The notes under the pieces were generated by a model that saw nothing but the letters and a program-made list of their open reading frames with translations, was not told where the DNA came from and ran no database searches. Below are positions 40,442 to 50,583 of a stretch of 64,000 nucleotides of DNA, one piece after another. Source of the stretch: an uncultured Verrucomicrobiae bacterium (GTDB lineage: Bacteria > Verrucomicrobiota > Verrucomicrobiia > Chthoniobacterales > JAFAMB01). The position numbers were made by a program, and so were the translations under genes. How positions within the stretch are numbered: the first letter of the stretch is position 1; every line of letters starts with the position of its first letter. The DNA lies in assembly GCA_963762565.1 (NCBI GenBank), contig CAVXLD010000013.1, forward strand, positions 32,001-96,000, in the 5' to 3' direction.

Positions 40442-42700
40442 TCAGAGATCGTCTGCCGTAGATCTTGCCAGGCTTTGGGACGGGACCATCAATTTATCGA
40501 GCGTGATTGGAAAATCGCGCACCCGCTGTCCGGTCGCGTTATACACCGCGTTAGCAATGGCAGCGGGGATCCCGGTGACACCTATTTCGCCGGCTCCACG
40601 AGCTCCAATCGGGTTGAAAATCGTGTCCGGTTTACCGATAAAATTGACATCGATATAGGGGACATCGGCGTTAGTAGCGACCAAATAGTCCGCAAAATTA
40701 CCGTTGGCATAACGTCCAGTCGCCTCCTCTAGTTGGGAGCCTTCCAACAGCGCCATGCCAATACCGAAAACAATCCCGCCGATCACTTGACCACGTGCCG
40801 TCTTAGGATTTACCACCGTGCCAACATCCATGACCGTGGTCACTCGCTTGACTCGTATCTCGAAGGTCCACCGATTGACGGCGACTTCACAGAACTGCGC
40901 TCCAAACGAGTAAAACGCGTATTTTTCTTGCTCGTCGCCAGGAGCAGTCGTTTCCGTTGCTTCCACTGACCCACGCCCAATGGTATTCAAAACCGTACCA
41001 AAGTCTTCCCGCCTTCCTCCTCCAACAAGTTGCCCGTTCTCGTAAGAGACATCGGTCATTCCGCTGAAAGGCGATTTTTTGTCCCGAATCGCGAGCTGTA
41101 TCAGGTTGGCTTTAGCCGATTCGGCAGCTTTCTGGATGGCTGGACTAACACTAGCGGTGGACTGGGAACCGCCGGCAACCGGAGCGGGGGGAAGAGCCGA
41201 GTCACCGATAGCAGGTCGAACGCGCTCGATCGGCAAGCCCAGACTCTGCGCGCCGACAATCGCTACTACCGTCCACATCCCTGTCCCGAGGTCCTCGGTC
41301 GCCAAGGACACTTGTGCGGTTCCATCCGCTTGCAGCCTCACCTTGGCCGATGATCTATTACGGTGACCCGGATAAACTGCCGTTGCCATTCCCATTCCTA
41401 CCAGCCAATCACCGACTATGACTGAACCGGGCTTAGGGTTTCGCTTGGACCAGCCGAATCTGTCGGCTCCAAGCTGATAACATTCGGCGAGGGTTTTCGA
41501 TGAATACGGAACGTTCCTTCCTGGATAAACCTCGGCGTAATTTCTCATTCGCAGTTCGATCGGGTCGATGGCCAACTTTACCGCCAGCTCGTCCATGGCA
41601 CATTCCAAGGCAAACATGCCCGGGCTTTCGCCGGGTGCTCGCATCGAGGTAGGCGCGCCGACATTCAGTGGCACCAGTGTCTGGCTCACTCGGATGTTCG
41701 GCGACTTGTAGAGGAAACGTGAAGTGCGTTGGGCAGCGGCTTCGACGTACACACCAGCAAACCCCACGGTTGAATGCACATCATGTTTAACGGCTTTGAG
41801 AACCCCGTCCAGGTCGGCAGCCAGGCAAACCTTCTGAATTAGGGCGGGACGATGGCCGGTCAACGTGAACATCTGTTCGCGGGTCAGAATCGTCTTGAGC
41901 GGCCGTTTAAGCGCGCGCGCAGCTGCCGCGGTAAGTGGTGAATGCGTCCATACGGCCTGTTTACTACCAAACCCGCCGCCGATAAATGGACAGATAACGC
42001 GTACGTCATCCTCATTCACCCCCAGGATCGCCGCCACATTCCGTTGCTGCCCCGGCACAAATTGAGTCGCATCATAGGTCGTTAACCGATCACCATCCCA
42101 AACCGCGGTAGTCGCCTGAGTCTCCATCGGATTGTGATGATAGATTGGCTCGGTATAGGTTGCGTCCAGTACAACATCGGCTCCTACAATAACGTCATCG
42201 ATCGACGAGACCCCTTCGGCCAGAATTGCAACCGTGGGTGGCTGTCCGTCCACTGCCGCTGGAGGAAATGCGTGGGGCAGTCCGGCCTCCCAACTCGCCA
42301 CCGGTTGTTCCTCTTGGTACTCCACCTTTACGCGAGCCGCGGCATCGCGGGCTTGCTCGAATGAATCCGCAACTACCAAGGCAATGATCTGACCATAGTA
42401 ACAAATTTTGGCGTTCTGCAGTGGCGGATTAATTTCGCCACTGTTAGCTCCCTCCGCTTGAGTTAGACCATCATAGAGCTTTAGTGAATTAAATGGTGTG
42501 TACACTGCCACGACCCCAGGAGAATTCTCCGCCTCAGAAACGTCCATCGCCCGGATCTTCCCCCGCGCGATCGTGCTGGTTACCAGATAGCCATAGGCAA
42601 TGTTTTCGATCGGTTGATCGCCCGAATACCGCAGGGCTCCGGTAACCTTCAATCGACCTTCCAGCCGATCGTGCGGCTTACCTAATACGTCTGCATTCAT
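40442..42700 (-). CDS. paoC: Aldehyde oxidoreductase molybdopterin subunit (PaoC/YagR-like)
   Basis: KVTG, HHNPME, GGGFGSK, MRAPGE, GARGAGEIG. Confidence 0.88.
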   Translation of the reverse strand: MNADVLGKPHDRLEGRLKVTGALRYSGDQPIENIAYGYLVTSTIARGKIRAMDVSEAENSPGVVAVYTPFNSLKLYDGLTQAEGANSGEINPPLQNAKICYYGQIIALVVADSFEQARDAAARVKVEYQEEQPVASWEAGLPHAFPPAAVDGQPPTVAILAEGVSSIDDVIVGADVVLDATYTEPIYHHNPMETQATTAVWDGDRLTTYDATQFVPGQQRNVAAILGVNEDDVRVICPFIGGGFGSKQAVWTHSPLTAAAARALKRPLKTILTREQMFTLTGHRPALIQKVCLAADLDGVLKAVKHDVHSTVGFAGVYVEAAAQRTSRFLYKSPNIRVSQTLVPLNVGAPTSMRAPGESPGMFALECAMDELAVKLAIDPIELRMRNYAEVYPGRNVPYSSKTLAECYQLGADRFGWSKRNPKPGSVIVGDWLVGMGMATAVYPGHRNRSSAKVRLQADGTAQVSLATEDLGTGMWTVVAIVGAQSLGLPIERVRPAIGDSALPPAPVAGGSQSTASVSPAIQKAAESAKANLIQLAIRDKKSPFSGMTDVSYENGQLVGGGRREDFGTVLNTIGRGSVEATETTAPGDEQEKYAFYSFGAQFCEVAVNRWTFEIRVKRVTTVMDVGTVVNPKTARGQVIGGIVFGIGMALLEGSQLEEATGRYANGNFADYLVATNADVPYIDVNFIGKPDTIFNPIGARGAGEIGVTGIPAAIANAVYNATGQRVRDFPITLDKLMVPSQSLARSTADDL

Positions 42701-43674
42701 GCCAAGCTCTCCAAGTTGATCAGCGCGCGCACAATGGTCCTCTGAACCAACTCGACTTTAAATGCGTTGTGCCGCAACGGCTGGGCGCCCTCAGTCGCGA
42801 GCTTTGCCGCCGTTTCGAACGTTTGTTGGTTCATTGGCTTACCGATTAACGCGTCCCGGACCTGGGGAAGATTCCACGGTTTTGTTCCCACCCCGCCAAC
42901 GGCGACTCGGGCATCTCGAATATTGTCTCCGTCTACATCGAGGGCGGCAGCCACGGAAGCGAGCGCAAACTCGTACGATTCACGGTCGCGAATCTTCAAG
43001 TAGATCGACCTTTGTGCCCATGGCAATCTGGGGACTCGAATCTCCGTGATCAACTCGCCCGGGTTGAGTTGATTCTCTTTTTCCGGCGTCTCGCCGGGAA
43101 CGCGATAGAAATCATCCAGTTTCAGGACTCGATCGCCGTTCCGACTCTGTAGGAGAATGGATGCATCGAGAGCGACTAAGGCCACCGCTAAATCGCTCGG
43201 ATGCGTAGCGACACAGAATGAGCTCGTACCAAGGATCGCGTATGACCGGTTCCATCCGTCGATGGCGGGACAACCGCTTCCCGGCTGACGCTTATTACAG
43301 GGTGTACTCACATCCCGGAAATATCCGCATCGAGTCCGTTGCATGAGATTTCCTCCCATGCTTGCCATGTTGCGAATCTGGGCTGATGCGCTTTTAAGCA
43401 AGGCTTGAGAAATGACCGGATATTTGGCTATTACCTCCGGGTGTTCCGCCACATCGCTCATCTTTTCCAGCGCACCGATGCGAAGGCCATCTGCGGTTAA
43501 CCCGATTCCGGACATTGGCAGTCCATTGATGTCCATCAATTGTGAAGGCGTCATTACCTCGAGCTTCATCAGATCTATCAGCGTGGTGCCACCGGCAACA
43601 AACTCAGTATCCTGACTGAAATCAGAGTTAACTTTTCGGATGCTGGAAGGGACCTGGTAAATGAAAGGTCGCAT
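42697..43674 (-). CDS. paoB: Aldehyde oxidoreductase FAD subunit with [4Fe-4S] insert (PaoB/YagS-like)
   Basis: AGGTTLIDLMK, QRTRCGYFRD..CNKR.PGSGC, CVATHPSD. Confidence 0.9.
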   Translation of the reverse strand: MRPFIYQVPSSIRKVNSDFSQDTEFVAGGTTLIDLMKLEVMTPSQLMDINGLPMSGIGLTADGLRIGALEKMSDVAEHPEVIAKYPVISQALLKSASAQIRNMASMGGNLMQRTRCGYFRDVSTPCNKRQPGSGCPAIDGWNRSYAILGTSSFCVATHPSDLAVALVALDASILLQSRNGDRVLKLDDFYRVPGETPEKENQLNPGELITEIRVPRLPWAQRSIYLKIRDRESYEFALASVAAALDVDGDNIRDARVAVGGVGTKPWNLPQVRDALIGKPMNQQTFETAAKLATEGAQPLRHNAFKVELVQRTIVRALINLESLA

Positions 43675-43676
43675 GG

Positions 43677-44354
43677 TTATCCTCCCGACTGCATCTGCCG
43701 TGCTGCCATTTTGATCGCATCAATGATGTTTGGATAGGCACCACATCGGCATAGATTTCCTGACATAAATTCTTGAATCTCTGCGTCAGACCCGATGTGG
43801 CCTTCGTTAATACAGCCAACGGCGGACATGATTTGACCTGAGGTGCAATAGCCGCATTGAAAACCGTCACAACTGATAAACGCGGCTTGCACCGGATGTA
43901 ACTCATCGCCTTTGGCTAAGCCCTCAACCGTCGTCACCTCTTTGCCTTGCGCCATCACCGCCAGAGTCAAACAAGAGAGCACTCGTCTTCCGTTGATATG
44001 AACCGTACAAGCGCCGCAGGCGCCGCGATCACAACCTTTCTTTGTCCCGGTCAAATCCAAACGATCGCGGATGGCGTCCAGTAAGGTAACTCGCGGATCT
44101 ACCTTAAGCTCTTGGGGACGGCCATTCAGTCTGAGACTGATCTCTACCAAGCTCCCCTCCTGGTCCTGCCCTGGAGACTGTCCCTCGAAAGCAGTTCCCT
44201 CGGCAGTAGCGGAGCGTACCAGTGGTGCTGCTACGGTTATGCCGGCTGATAGGGCCGCAAGACGACTGATAAATTGCCTGCGAGATGAACCAGGCTGGCC
44301 TTCTGTCTCAGGGACCGGCCTTGCTTCTGACGCATCGTTAGAGTGTCGATTCAT
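43677..44354 (-). CDS. paoA: Aldehyde oxidoreductase 2Fe-2S subunit with Tat signal (PaoA/YagT-like)
   Basis: SSRRQFI Tat motif, GTKKGCDRGACGACTV, QCGYCT, GNLCRCGAY. Confidence 0.9.
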   Translation of the reverse strand: MNRHSNDASEARPVPETEGQPGSSRRQFISRLAALSAGITVAAPLVRSATAEGTAFEGQSPGQDQEGSLVEISLRLNGRPQELKVDPRVTLLDAIRDRLDLTGTKKGCDRGACGACTVHINGRRVLSCLTLAVMAQGKEVTTVEGLAKGDELHPVQAAFISCDGFQCGYCTSGQIMSAVGCINEGHIGSDAEIQEFMSGNLCRCGAYPNIIDAIKMAARQMQSGG

Positions 44355-44567
44355 GCGTTTGGTTCCGCCATAGCTCGCACATTGCTCTAACTGGTTCTAT
44401 CGCCAGAAAGGGCGCTTCTTGGTGACTCGAAAGAGTTAGGCAGAGGGTTGCCTCCTTTGTCCCAATGAGCAGTTACCGATCACCCTTGTGAGTACTTGTG
44501 GCAATTGGTGAGCAACCGAAAGTTTAGTTACAGCCCAAAGGCAAAAGAAAGAAACTGAAAAAGGATT

Positions 44568-44762
44568 ATGAATATGAACACGGACTATTCCGAACTAAAC
44601 GTCACCACCATTTCTTCTATGGAACTCCGGACCGCGCAAGGAGTCGACTTGGAACTTATCCCGCGCGGCACATTTGCGGGCACAATTTATAGCTTTGGTT
44701 TGCTCGATAATGGTCTACTGACGGCGGCTGATACCGGTGCACAGGGCGGCGGCCAGAACTGA
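44568..44762 (+). CDS. Small hypothetical protein (64 aa)
   Basis: AAGGA directly upstream of ATG, A-rich leader, divergent from paoA. Confidence 0.45.
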   Translation: MNMNTDYSELNVTTISSMELRTAQGVDLELIPRGTFAGTIYSFGLLDNGLLTAADTGAQGGGQN

Positions 44763-45321
44763 AAATCCGGGAATTATTAAACGAGTTAAAACGGTTCGCC
44801 GAATTGGACGTCCTGCGAGGGGTCTTGCTCATGATGATGAGGCTCAACGCGGCGCCATCAGCGTCGAACTCGGCGTTTGGGTCGGCAGCGGTGTACTCGC
44901 GATTCTGGGCCTAGTGCAGGCCGTTCACAGTACCCAACCCTTCCTTTGGCTGGCAGTTTGGCCAGCTCCGGTTGGGCTCGTCTGCACGATCTTTATCTTT
45001 TTGCGTCAGGGATTTCATTTCCGGAATGGGGTGCTGGTCCTCGGCCGGCGAACTGCTAACAAATAATCTCACGCAAAGACGCAAAGGCGCCAAGGAGGAA
45101 TCGTGAGAAGTGACACCTGAAGTCATGCGGCCGCGTGTGTGCGCCCGTGCCACGCCGTTGGAACGCGACTAAGTCCGACAATCGGCTTTCGCGAAGAAAG
45201 GCAAACTGATGAGATCTACCCGTCGATCGATTAGACGATCTACCAATGCGCTTTCATTGGAACATCGCTCGCTCGGGTAATTGATAAGCGCTCGTTCCGC
45301 TAATAGCGAAGCGGCCTAACT

Positions 45322-45339
45322 TGCAAGTAAGTACATGCA
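45322..45339. promoter_or_regulatory. Candidate TetR operator
   Basis: Imperfect palindrome TGCAAGTA-AG-TACATGCA touching the tetR start. Confidence 0.5.
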
Positions 45340-45986
45340 TGAGCTCGTTAGGGTTTAAATCGAAGCCCATGCAAATCGCAGGCGGACCCGCAGATTTAAC
45401 CAGAAAGCGGATTCTGGCAGCGGCTGAATTGGTTTTTTCAAGAGACGGTTTCCAGGGAGCCACGACTCGGGAAATTGCCAGACAGGCCGGCGTCAATGAG
45501 GTAACCCTTTTTCGTCATTTTCGCACCCGGGAAGAGCTGCTCCGGGCAACCTTGGATCAAGGATGCGCGACCTTCGAAGCGCTGGTTGGGCAGTCAGACG
45601 AAGTCTGGAAAGACCGGCTGCTTGAACGTCTAGAGCATTTTGTTCGTGAGATGTATTCTGTGGTCAGGCAACGAGAAGCTCTCGTGCGCGCCTTTGCTAG
45701 TGAAGCCCGAATCTTGCCTGCATCGATCCGCGGCGCACTCCAGGAATTCATGGAGCAGAGAAAGGCTCGCTTGGTTGCCAGGCTAAAGCAGGCCCAGGAG
45801 GTGGGCCTGGTTCGGAAGGATGTTGATCTCTCGGCGGCAAGTGATCTTATCCGCGACTCGATCCACAGCGCCATCCTTCGGCATACAGCATATAACACCG
45901 ATGCCGAAGCGGTCGACGCCCATTTGCGGGGTGTGACCGATATCTTTTACCACGGAATTAAAGCCAACCAAGGAAGGGATTACTAA
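45339..45986 (+). CDS. TetR/AcrR family transcriptional regulator
   Basis: RILAAA..F..DGF..ATTREIARQAGVNEVTLFRHF HTH; start 45339 or 45369. Confidence 0.92.
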   Translation: MSSLGFKSKPMQIAGGPADLTRKRILAAAELVFSRDGFQGATTREIARQAGVNEVTLFRHFRTREELLRATLDQGCATFEALVGQSDEVWKDRLLERLEHFVREMYSVVRQREALVRAFASEARILPASIRGALQEFMEQRKARLVARLKQAQEVGLVRKDVDLSAASDLIRDSIHSAILRHTAYNTDAEAVDAHLRGVTDIFYHGIKANQGRDY

Positions 45987-45988
45987 CC

Positions 45989-47254
45989 ATGGCACGCACA
46001 CTAGAGAGCGACTTACTGGAGAGGGGCCACCATGCGTCCGCAGATTGGCGAACCAGCAGGCGAAAAGCATCGCCACGTGAACGGCTGGGAAAACGCTTTG
46101 TCCCAACACTTGTCGGAATCGGTCTGGTTCCGGTTTTGGCTATCGCCGGACTTTATTTCTTTGCCCAGGCAATGAGCAATGAGTCAACCGACGACGCTTT
46201 CATTGATGCTCACACGGTCGATGTTGCGCCGAAGATCGCCGGAAGAATCGAGAAGGTGTTTATTGACGACAACTGGCGAGTGAAAAAAGGGGATCCGATC
46301 GTCGAGATTGACCCGCGGGATTATGACGCCCAGCTGAGACAGAAACAGGCGGCGTTGGACAGCACCAAGGCGCAGGCCAGTTCTGCTCAAGCGGCAGTGG
46401 AGCAGCAGATGGCAAACGTTCAGAGCTTACAAGCAACGCTCGATCAAGATAAAGCAGACCAGCAAGCCTATCAGGCTCAGGCAGACCAAACCGCGGACAA
46501 TCTGCACCGGCAACAGGACCTTTATAACACTCGCGTTGTCTCCGTCCAGGACTTGATTACGGCCAAGGACTCGGATCGTTCGGCCCAGGCAAATCTGGAT
46601 GCGGCAAAAATGAAGGTAGTCTCAGCCGAAGCACAGTTAGTCGAAGGACAGGCTGAGGTTCGTACCTATGAAGCGCTTTTGCAATACGTCCTCGCTCAGG
46701 TCAAAGCCAACCAAGCTAACACCGAAGCCGCTCAGCTAAACGATTCGTATACGAAAGTGTTTGCGCCCGAGTCTGGCCGGGTAACTAACAAGTCGGTCGA
46801 ACCTGGCGACTATGTTCAAGTCGGTCAAAACCTGCTAGCCCTGGTTCCTACAGACATTTGGGTTATAGCGAATTTCAAGGAGAACCAGATTCGGCTGATG
46901 CGGCCGGGTCAGCCTGTGGAAATCGAAGTGGATGCGCTTGGCGGAACCTTCAAGGGTCATGTCGACAGCATTCAAGCCGGTAGCGGTGCTGCCTTCAGCC
47001 TTTTGCCGCCAGAAAACGCCACCGGGAACTATGTGAAAGTGGTTCAGCGGGTCCCAGTGAAAATCCGCTTCAACTCGATTCCCGATGTGGGCCTGCCGCT
47101 CGGGCCAGGTGAGTCGATTGTTCCGACGGTCAAAGTGCAGGATTTTCATTATTCGGCAGCGCAATTGCTGATCGTAGCCGCATTGATCGGCGCGGCAATT
47201 CTCGGCGTACTTTGGTGGGGAACCAGGCCGCCCAAAGCCAAGAAGGGCGCTTAA
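45989..47254 (+). CDS. emrA: HlyD/EmrA-type efflux adaptor
   Basis: ESTDDAFI, WVIANFKE, FSLLPPENATGNYVKVVQRVPV. Confidence 0.9.
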   Translation: MARTLESDLLERGHHASADWRTSRRKASPRERLGKRFVPTLVGIGLVPVLAIAGLYFFAQAMSNESTDDAFIDAHTVDVAPKIAGRIEKVFIDDNWRVKKGDPIVEIDPRDYDAQLRQKQAALDSTKAQASSAQAAVEQQMANVQSLQATLDQDKADQQAYQAQADQTADNLHRQQDLYNTRVVSVQDLITAKDSDRSAQANLDAAKMKVVSAEAQLVEGQAEVRTYEALLQYVLAQVKANQANTEAAQLNDSYTKVFAPESGRVTNKSVEPGDYVQVGQNLLALVPTDIWVIANFKENQIRLMRPGQPVEIEVDALGGTFKGHVDSIQAGSGAAFSLLPPENATGNYVKVVQRVPVKIRFNSIPDVGLPLGPGESIVPTVKVQDFHYSAAQLLIVAALIGAAILGVLWWGTRPPKAKKGA

Positions 47255-47259
47255 ATAGA

Positions 47260-48834
47260 ATGGCCGGTCAAACTAAGACGGAGCAGCCATGGAAACCTGC
47301 TGTTAATCCCTGGTTGATAGCGGCGTCCGTGATGTTAGCCACCTTCATGGAGGTGCTTGATACCTCCGTAGCCAACGTCTCGTTAAATTACATCGCTGGA
47401 AGCCTCGCGGTAAGTAACGATGAAGCGACCTGGGTCCTTACCAGCTATCTGGTTTCTAACGCAGTCGTTTTGCCTGCTTCCGGCTGGCTCAGCCGGACCT
47501 TCGGCCGGAAACGTTTTCTGATCACTTGTATCGCGATCTTTACCGTGGCATCGGTGCTCTGCGGAGTGGCTAACAGCTTAGGGGCCCTGGTTCTAGCCCG
47601 AATTCTGCAAGGAGCCGGCGGAGGCGCTCTTCAACCCGTAGCTCAAGCGATCATGCTGGAAACGTTCCCGCGGGAGAAACGGGGAGTCGCGATGTCGGTT
47701 TACGCCATGGGGGTGGTGGTGGCTCCAATCCTGGGACCTACCCTCGGGGGATGGCTTACCGACAATTACTCTTGGCGTTGGGTTTTTTACATCAATCTTC
47801 CGATTGGTATTCTAGCGATCTTGATGTGTATTCGGTTCCTTGAGGACCCTCCCTACCTGAAGAACTTGAAAGCCGGAAGAATTGACTTCTGGGGAATCGG
47901 TTTCCTGGCCTTGTGGATTGGCTGCTTGCAAGTCATGCTCGACAAAGGTCAAGATGACGATTGGTTCTCGTCGCATTTTATTCGTTGGTTGGCGGTATTC
48001 GCAGTTGTTGGTTTCATCCTTTTCCTTGCGCGGGAACTACAAACTCCCAATCCGATAGTTAACTTGCGCGTTTTGAAAGACCGAAACCTGGCAATCGGCG
48101 TTATCTTGAACTTAAGCGTCGGCGCGGTCCTCTACGCTACCACCGCAGTAATTCCGCAGTTTTTACAACTTTTGCTTGGATATACCTCCTACGAAGCCGG
48201 CCTGGTGATGAGCCCGAGAGGCATCGGGGCCGTCATCGGGAGCATCGTTGCCGGTCGCGTGCTTTTGAAGCTGGACGGGCGGCTCTGGATGGCGCAAGGA
48301 GCAGTCGTGTTGGGTCTAACCATGTTCCTTTTGGGCGGGATCGATCTAGACATTTCTCCGGCCAACCTTATCTGGCCCATCATTATTAGCGGATTCGCTC
48401 TTACCTCGCTTTTTGTGCCGATGAGCACCTTTTCGGTGACAACCATGAAGCGTGAAAACATGGGGGACGCAGCCGGCCTAACGAGTCTGGCAAGGAACCT
48501 CGGTGGATCTGTAGGGATATCGTCGATCACGGCGCTGGTGACGCGCAGCACCCAAGTACACCAGGACCTGATGGTCGGACATTTCTCCCGGTTTGCCGCG
48601 CCGTTCCGGCATCAACTCGCTACCCTACAGACCTCACTCGCTGCGGAATCGGGTCAAGCTGCTCACTCGCAAGCTTACGGCGTTTTGTACCAAACTCTTC
48701 AACAGCAGGCAGGCTTGTGGGCCTACGTCGAACAGTTTCGCCTGCTGGCGCTGATCTGCTTAGCGCTCGTGCCGATTATCTTCCTGTTCAGGAAGGCGAA
48801 GGCGGTACCGGAGGCAGAGGCGATGGCGCACTGA
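47260..48834 (+). CDS. emrB: DHA2 (EmrB/QacA) MFS efflux pump
   Basis: FMEVLDTSVANV, WVLTSYL, GPTLGGWLTDNYSWRWVFYINLP, RNLGGS. Confidence 0.92.
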   Translation: MAGQTKTEQPWKPAVNPWLIAASVMLATFMEVLDTSVANVSLNYIAGSLAVSNDEATWVLTSYLVSNAVVLPASGWLSRTFGRKRFLITCIAIFTVASVLCGVANSLGALVLARILQGAGGGALQPVAQAIMLETFPREKRGVAMSVYAMGVVVAPILGPTLGGWLTDNYSWRWVFYINLPIGILAILMCIRFLEDPPYLKNLKAGRIDFWGIGFLALWIGCLQVMLDKGQDDDWFSSHFIRWLAVFAVVGFILFLARELQTPNPIVNLRVLKDRNLAIGVILNLSVGAVLYATTAVIPQFLQLLLGYTSYEAGLVMSPRGIGAVIGSIVAGRVLLKLDGRLWMAQGAVVLGLTMFLLGGIDLDISPANLIWPIIISGFALTSLFVPMSTFSVTTMKRENMGDAAGLTSLARNLGGSVGISSITALVTRSTQVHQDLMVGHFSRFAAPFRHQLATLQTSLAAESGQAAHSQAYGVLYQTLQQQAGLWAYVEQFRLLALICLALVPIIFLFRKAKAVPEAEAMAH

Positions 48835-48997
48835 TTTTCGAGGAGTTCAGGAGTGCAAGGAGTACAAGGAGTTCGAACGAGCGCGAGCCAATAAGAAATG
48901 ATCGGGCAAGCGTTTCTAGCATAGTGAGCGAGGCTGCGTCCTATATAGTCCGGTAGCTGCCCATAAGCCCCTTCGAAGCAAAGAAAAAAAGAGCAAG

Positions 48998-49340
48998 ATG
49001 GAAGGACAGAAGACTGCACTAGTGACCGGAGCAGCCTCAGGTATTGGGGCTGCTGTCGCTGAAAGATTCCTAAGCGCAGGCTATCAGGTGGCCTTTTTTG
49101 ACATTGATGGCCAAGCCGCTCGCGCCACCGCTTCCCGGATTACCTTCGCGGCGAGGAGGGTGGTATTGGAAGGCGATGTATCAAACGAGCAACAGGTGAA
49201 GGAGGCTGTGACTCGGACAGTGACTGATTAAGGGTCTTTCGAACGTTTTAATTAATAACGCCGGGATCGAGATTCACGGAACGGTGGTGGATTTGTCGAC
49301 GGAGCAGTGGGAACGCCAGGTAGCTGTCAATCTCAGAGTA
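48998..49340 (+). pseudogene. Short-chain dehydrogenase remnant
   Basis: TGAASGIG, in-frame TAA at 49229-49231, then shifted-frame VLINNAGIE...AVNL, truncated before YxxxK. Confidence 0.85.
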
Positions 49341-49352
49341 AACCCGGCGACT

Positions 49353-49595
49353 TCACCTTCCCCGACTGCCGCAACGATTCTCTGACCCAGGGCTGACGAA
49401 TCTGAATTTCCACCGTGGATGGTGGGGAAACTTGCCGATTGCTTCCTCAGCTGATTCTGCAGTGGAGACGCTGAAACCTGCTAAGGAGGAGAGCGAAATA
49501 AGTCCACCGGCGCCAGCAGCGCGCCGAAGCGCTTGGCGTCGCGAAACGCCGCCGGAAGAGTTGCTCATGCCTGAGGGTAGGCTGATTCTTTTCAT
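49353..49595 (-). pseudogene. N-terminal remnant of a Tat-exported sugar ABC binding protein
   Basis: SRRQAL Tat-like signal followed by FPHHPRWKF.FV, then breaks off. Confidence 0.55.
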
Positions 49596-49838
49596 ACGCG
49601 CTAAATCAACACCCGCTGCCAGGGTTAGGAAGTATTATCGTTCTCTTATTCAGAAGTTAATCGAGCAGTCGAAGCCTCCTGACCTAGTCGATTCACTAGC
49701 CAGACGATGGAAGAACCGGCCCTAATTCGAACGAGTAATCGAGAGCTACCCGTTCGATCAATAGCGTCAGATTGCTTATACAAATATAATATCGCTAGGT
49801 AGGAGCTTCTTAGTTCCTTTTTTGCAAAATTAGCTATT

Positions 49839-50063
49839 ATGAAAAATCCACTAGCGATCATGAAGAAAAGCTCAATGCGAGTAATGTTAACCGTGCCGGT
49901 GATTGGTTTCCTAGCATTTACTGGATGTTCCAGCATCGACGGTACCGCCACCCGCAATCAAGCCAGCAAAACCGGGCTGAACGCGGCGTTTGTCCAACCG
50001 GAAGCGCAGAAGGCTACTGCTCAGGATGATGATCAGAACCCGGGCTACGAATGGTTCTATTAA
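49839..50063 (+). CDS. Small lipoprotein
   Basis: Lipobox FTGC, C-terminus NPGYEWFY, hairpin downstream. Confidence 0.7.
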   Translation: MKNPLAIMKKSSMRVMLTVPVIGFLAFTGCSSIDGTATRNQASKTGLNAAFVQPEAQKATAQDDDQNPGYEWFY

Positions 50064-50070
50064 TTTCGAT

Positions 50071-50120
50071 CAGGTCGCGCTTTGGTCCGTTCGCCTACAA
50101 TGAAAAGCGCGGCCTGTTTC
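50071..50120 (+). terminator. Probable intrinsic terminator
   Basis: CAGGTCGCGCTTT/AAAGCGCGGCCTG stem followed by TTTC. Confidence 0.5.
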
Positions 50121-50373
50121 TGGATGGACTATCAAAAAGGAGATTTATCCATGAACGATACGGAAATTCAGGAAGTGCCATTCAAGCAAGAGCTATACTA
50201 GGAGCTGGAATTTAGGAGTGCTGGAGTTCAAAGAAATAATCCAAGCAGATAACTGCGACAACCGAGACGAGGACGGCGGGAATCCACCGGCGCCGCACAC
50301 CAAACGATCACCGTCATGTACAGGAGGCCTGCTAGCGCGCCCCGAACATTGAGCTGAAAGCAAACGAGGGTCA

Positions 50374-50583
50374 TTAAGGCCAGGCCAGCACTGCCATGTG
50401 CTGTGGAACACCGGGCGTCGTGTGCAAGGCAATCGCAGTCCAGACGATCTCGATATCGTGTTGAGCGATCCCATGGCGACGAAGCAAATTGCTAGCAGCA
50501 TTCGCACTACTATCAACTTCGAACGGCTCATGGAGGCTGCTGTGTTGACGGGTTAGGCCCATGTCGTGAAACATCGCGCCAGA
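50374..50583 (-). pseudogene. Internal fragment of an HD-domain protein
   Basis: GAMFHDMGL...FEVD.ANAA...VWTAIALHTTPG; no N- or C-terminus. Confidence 0.7.
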
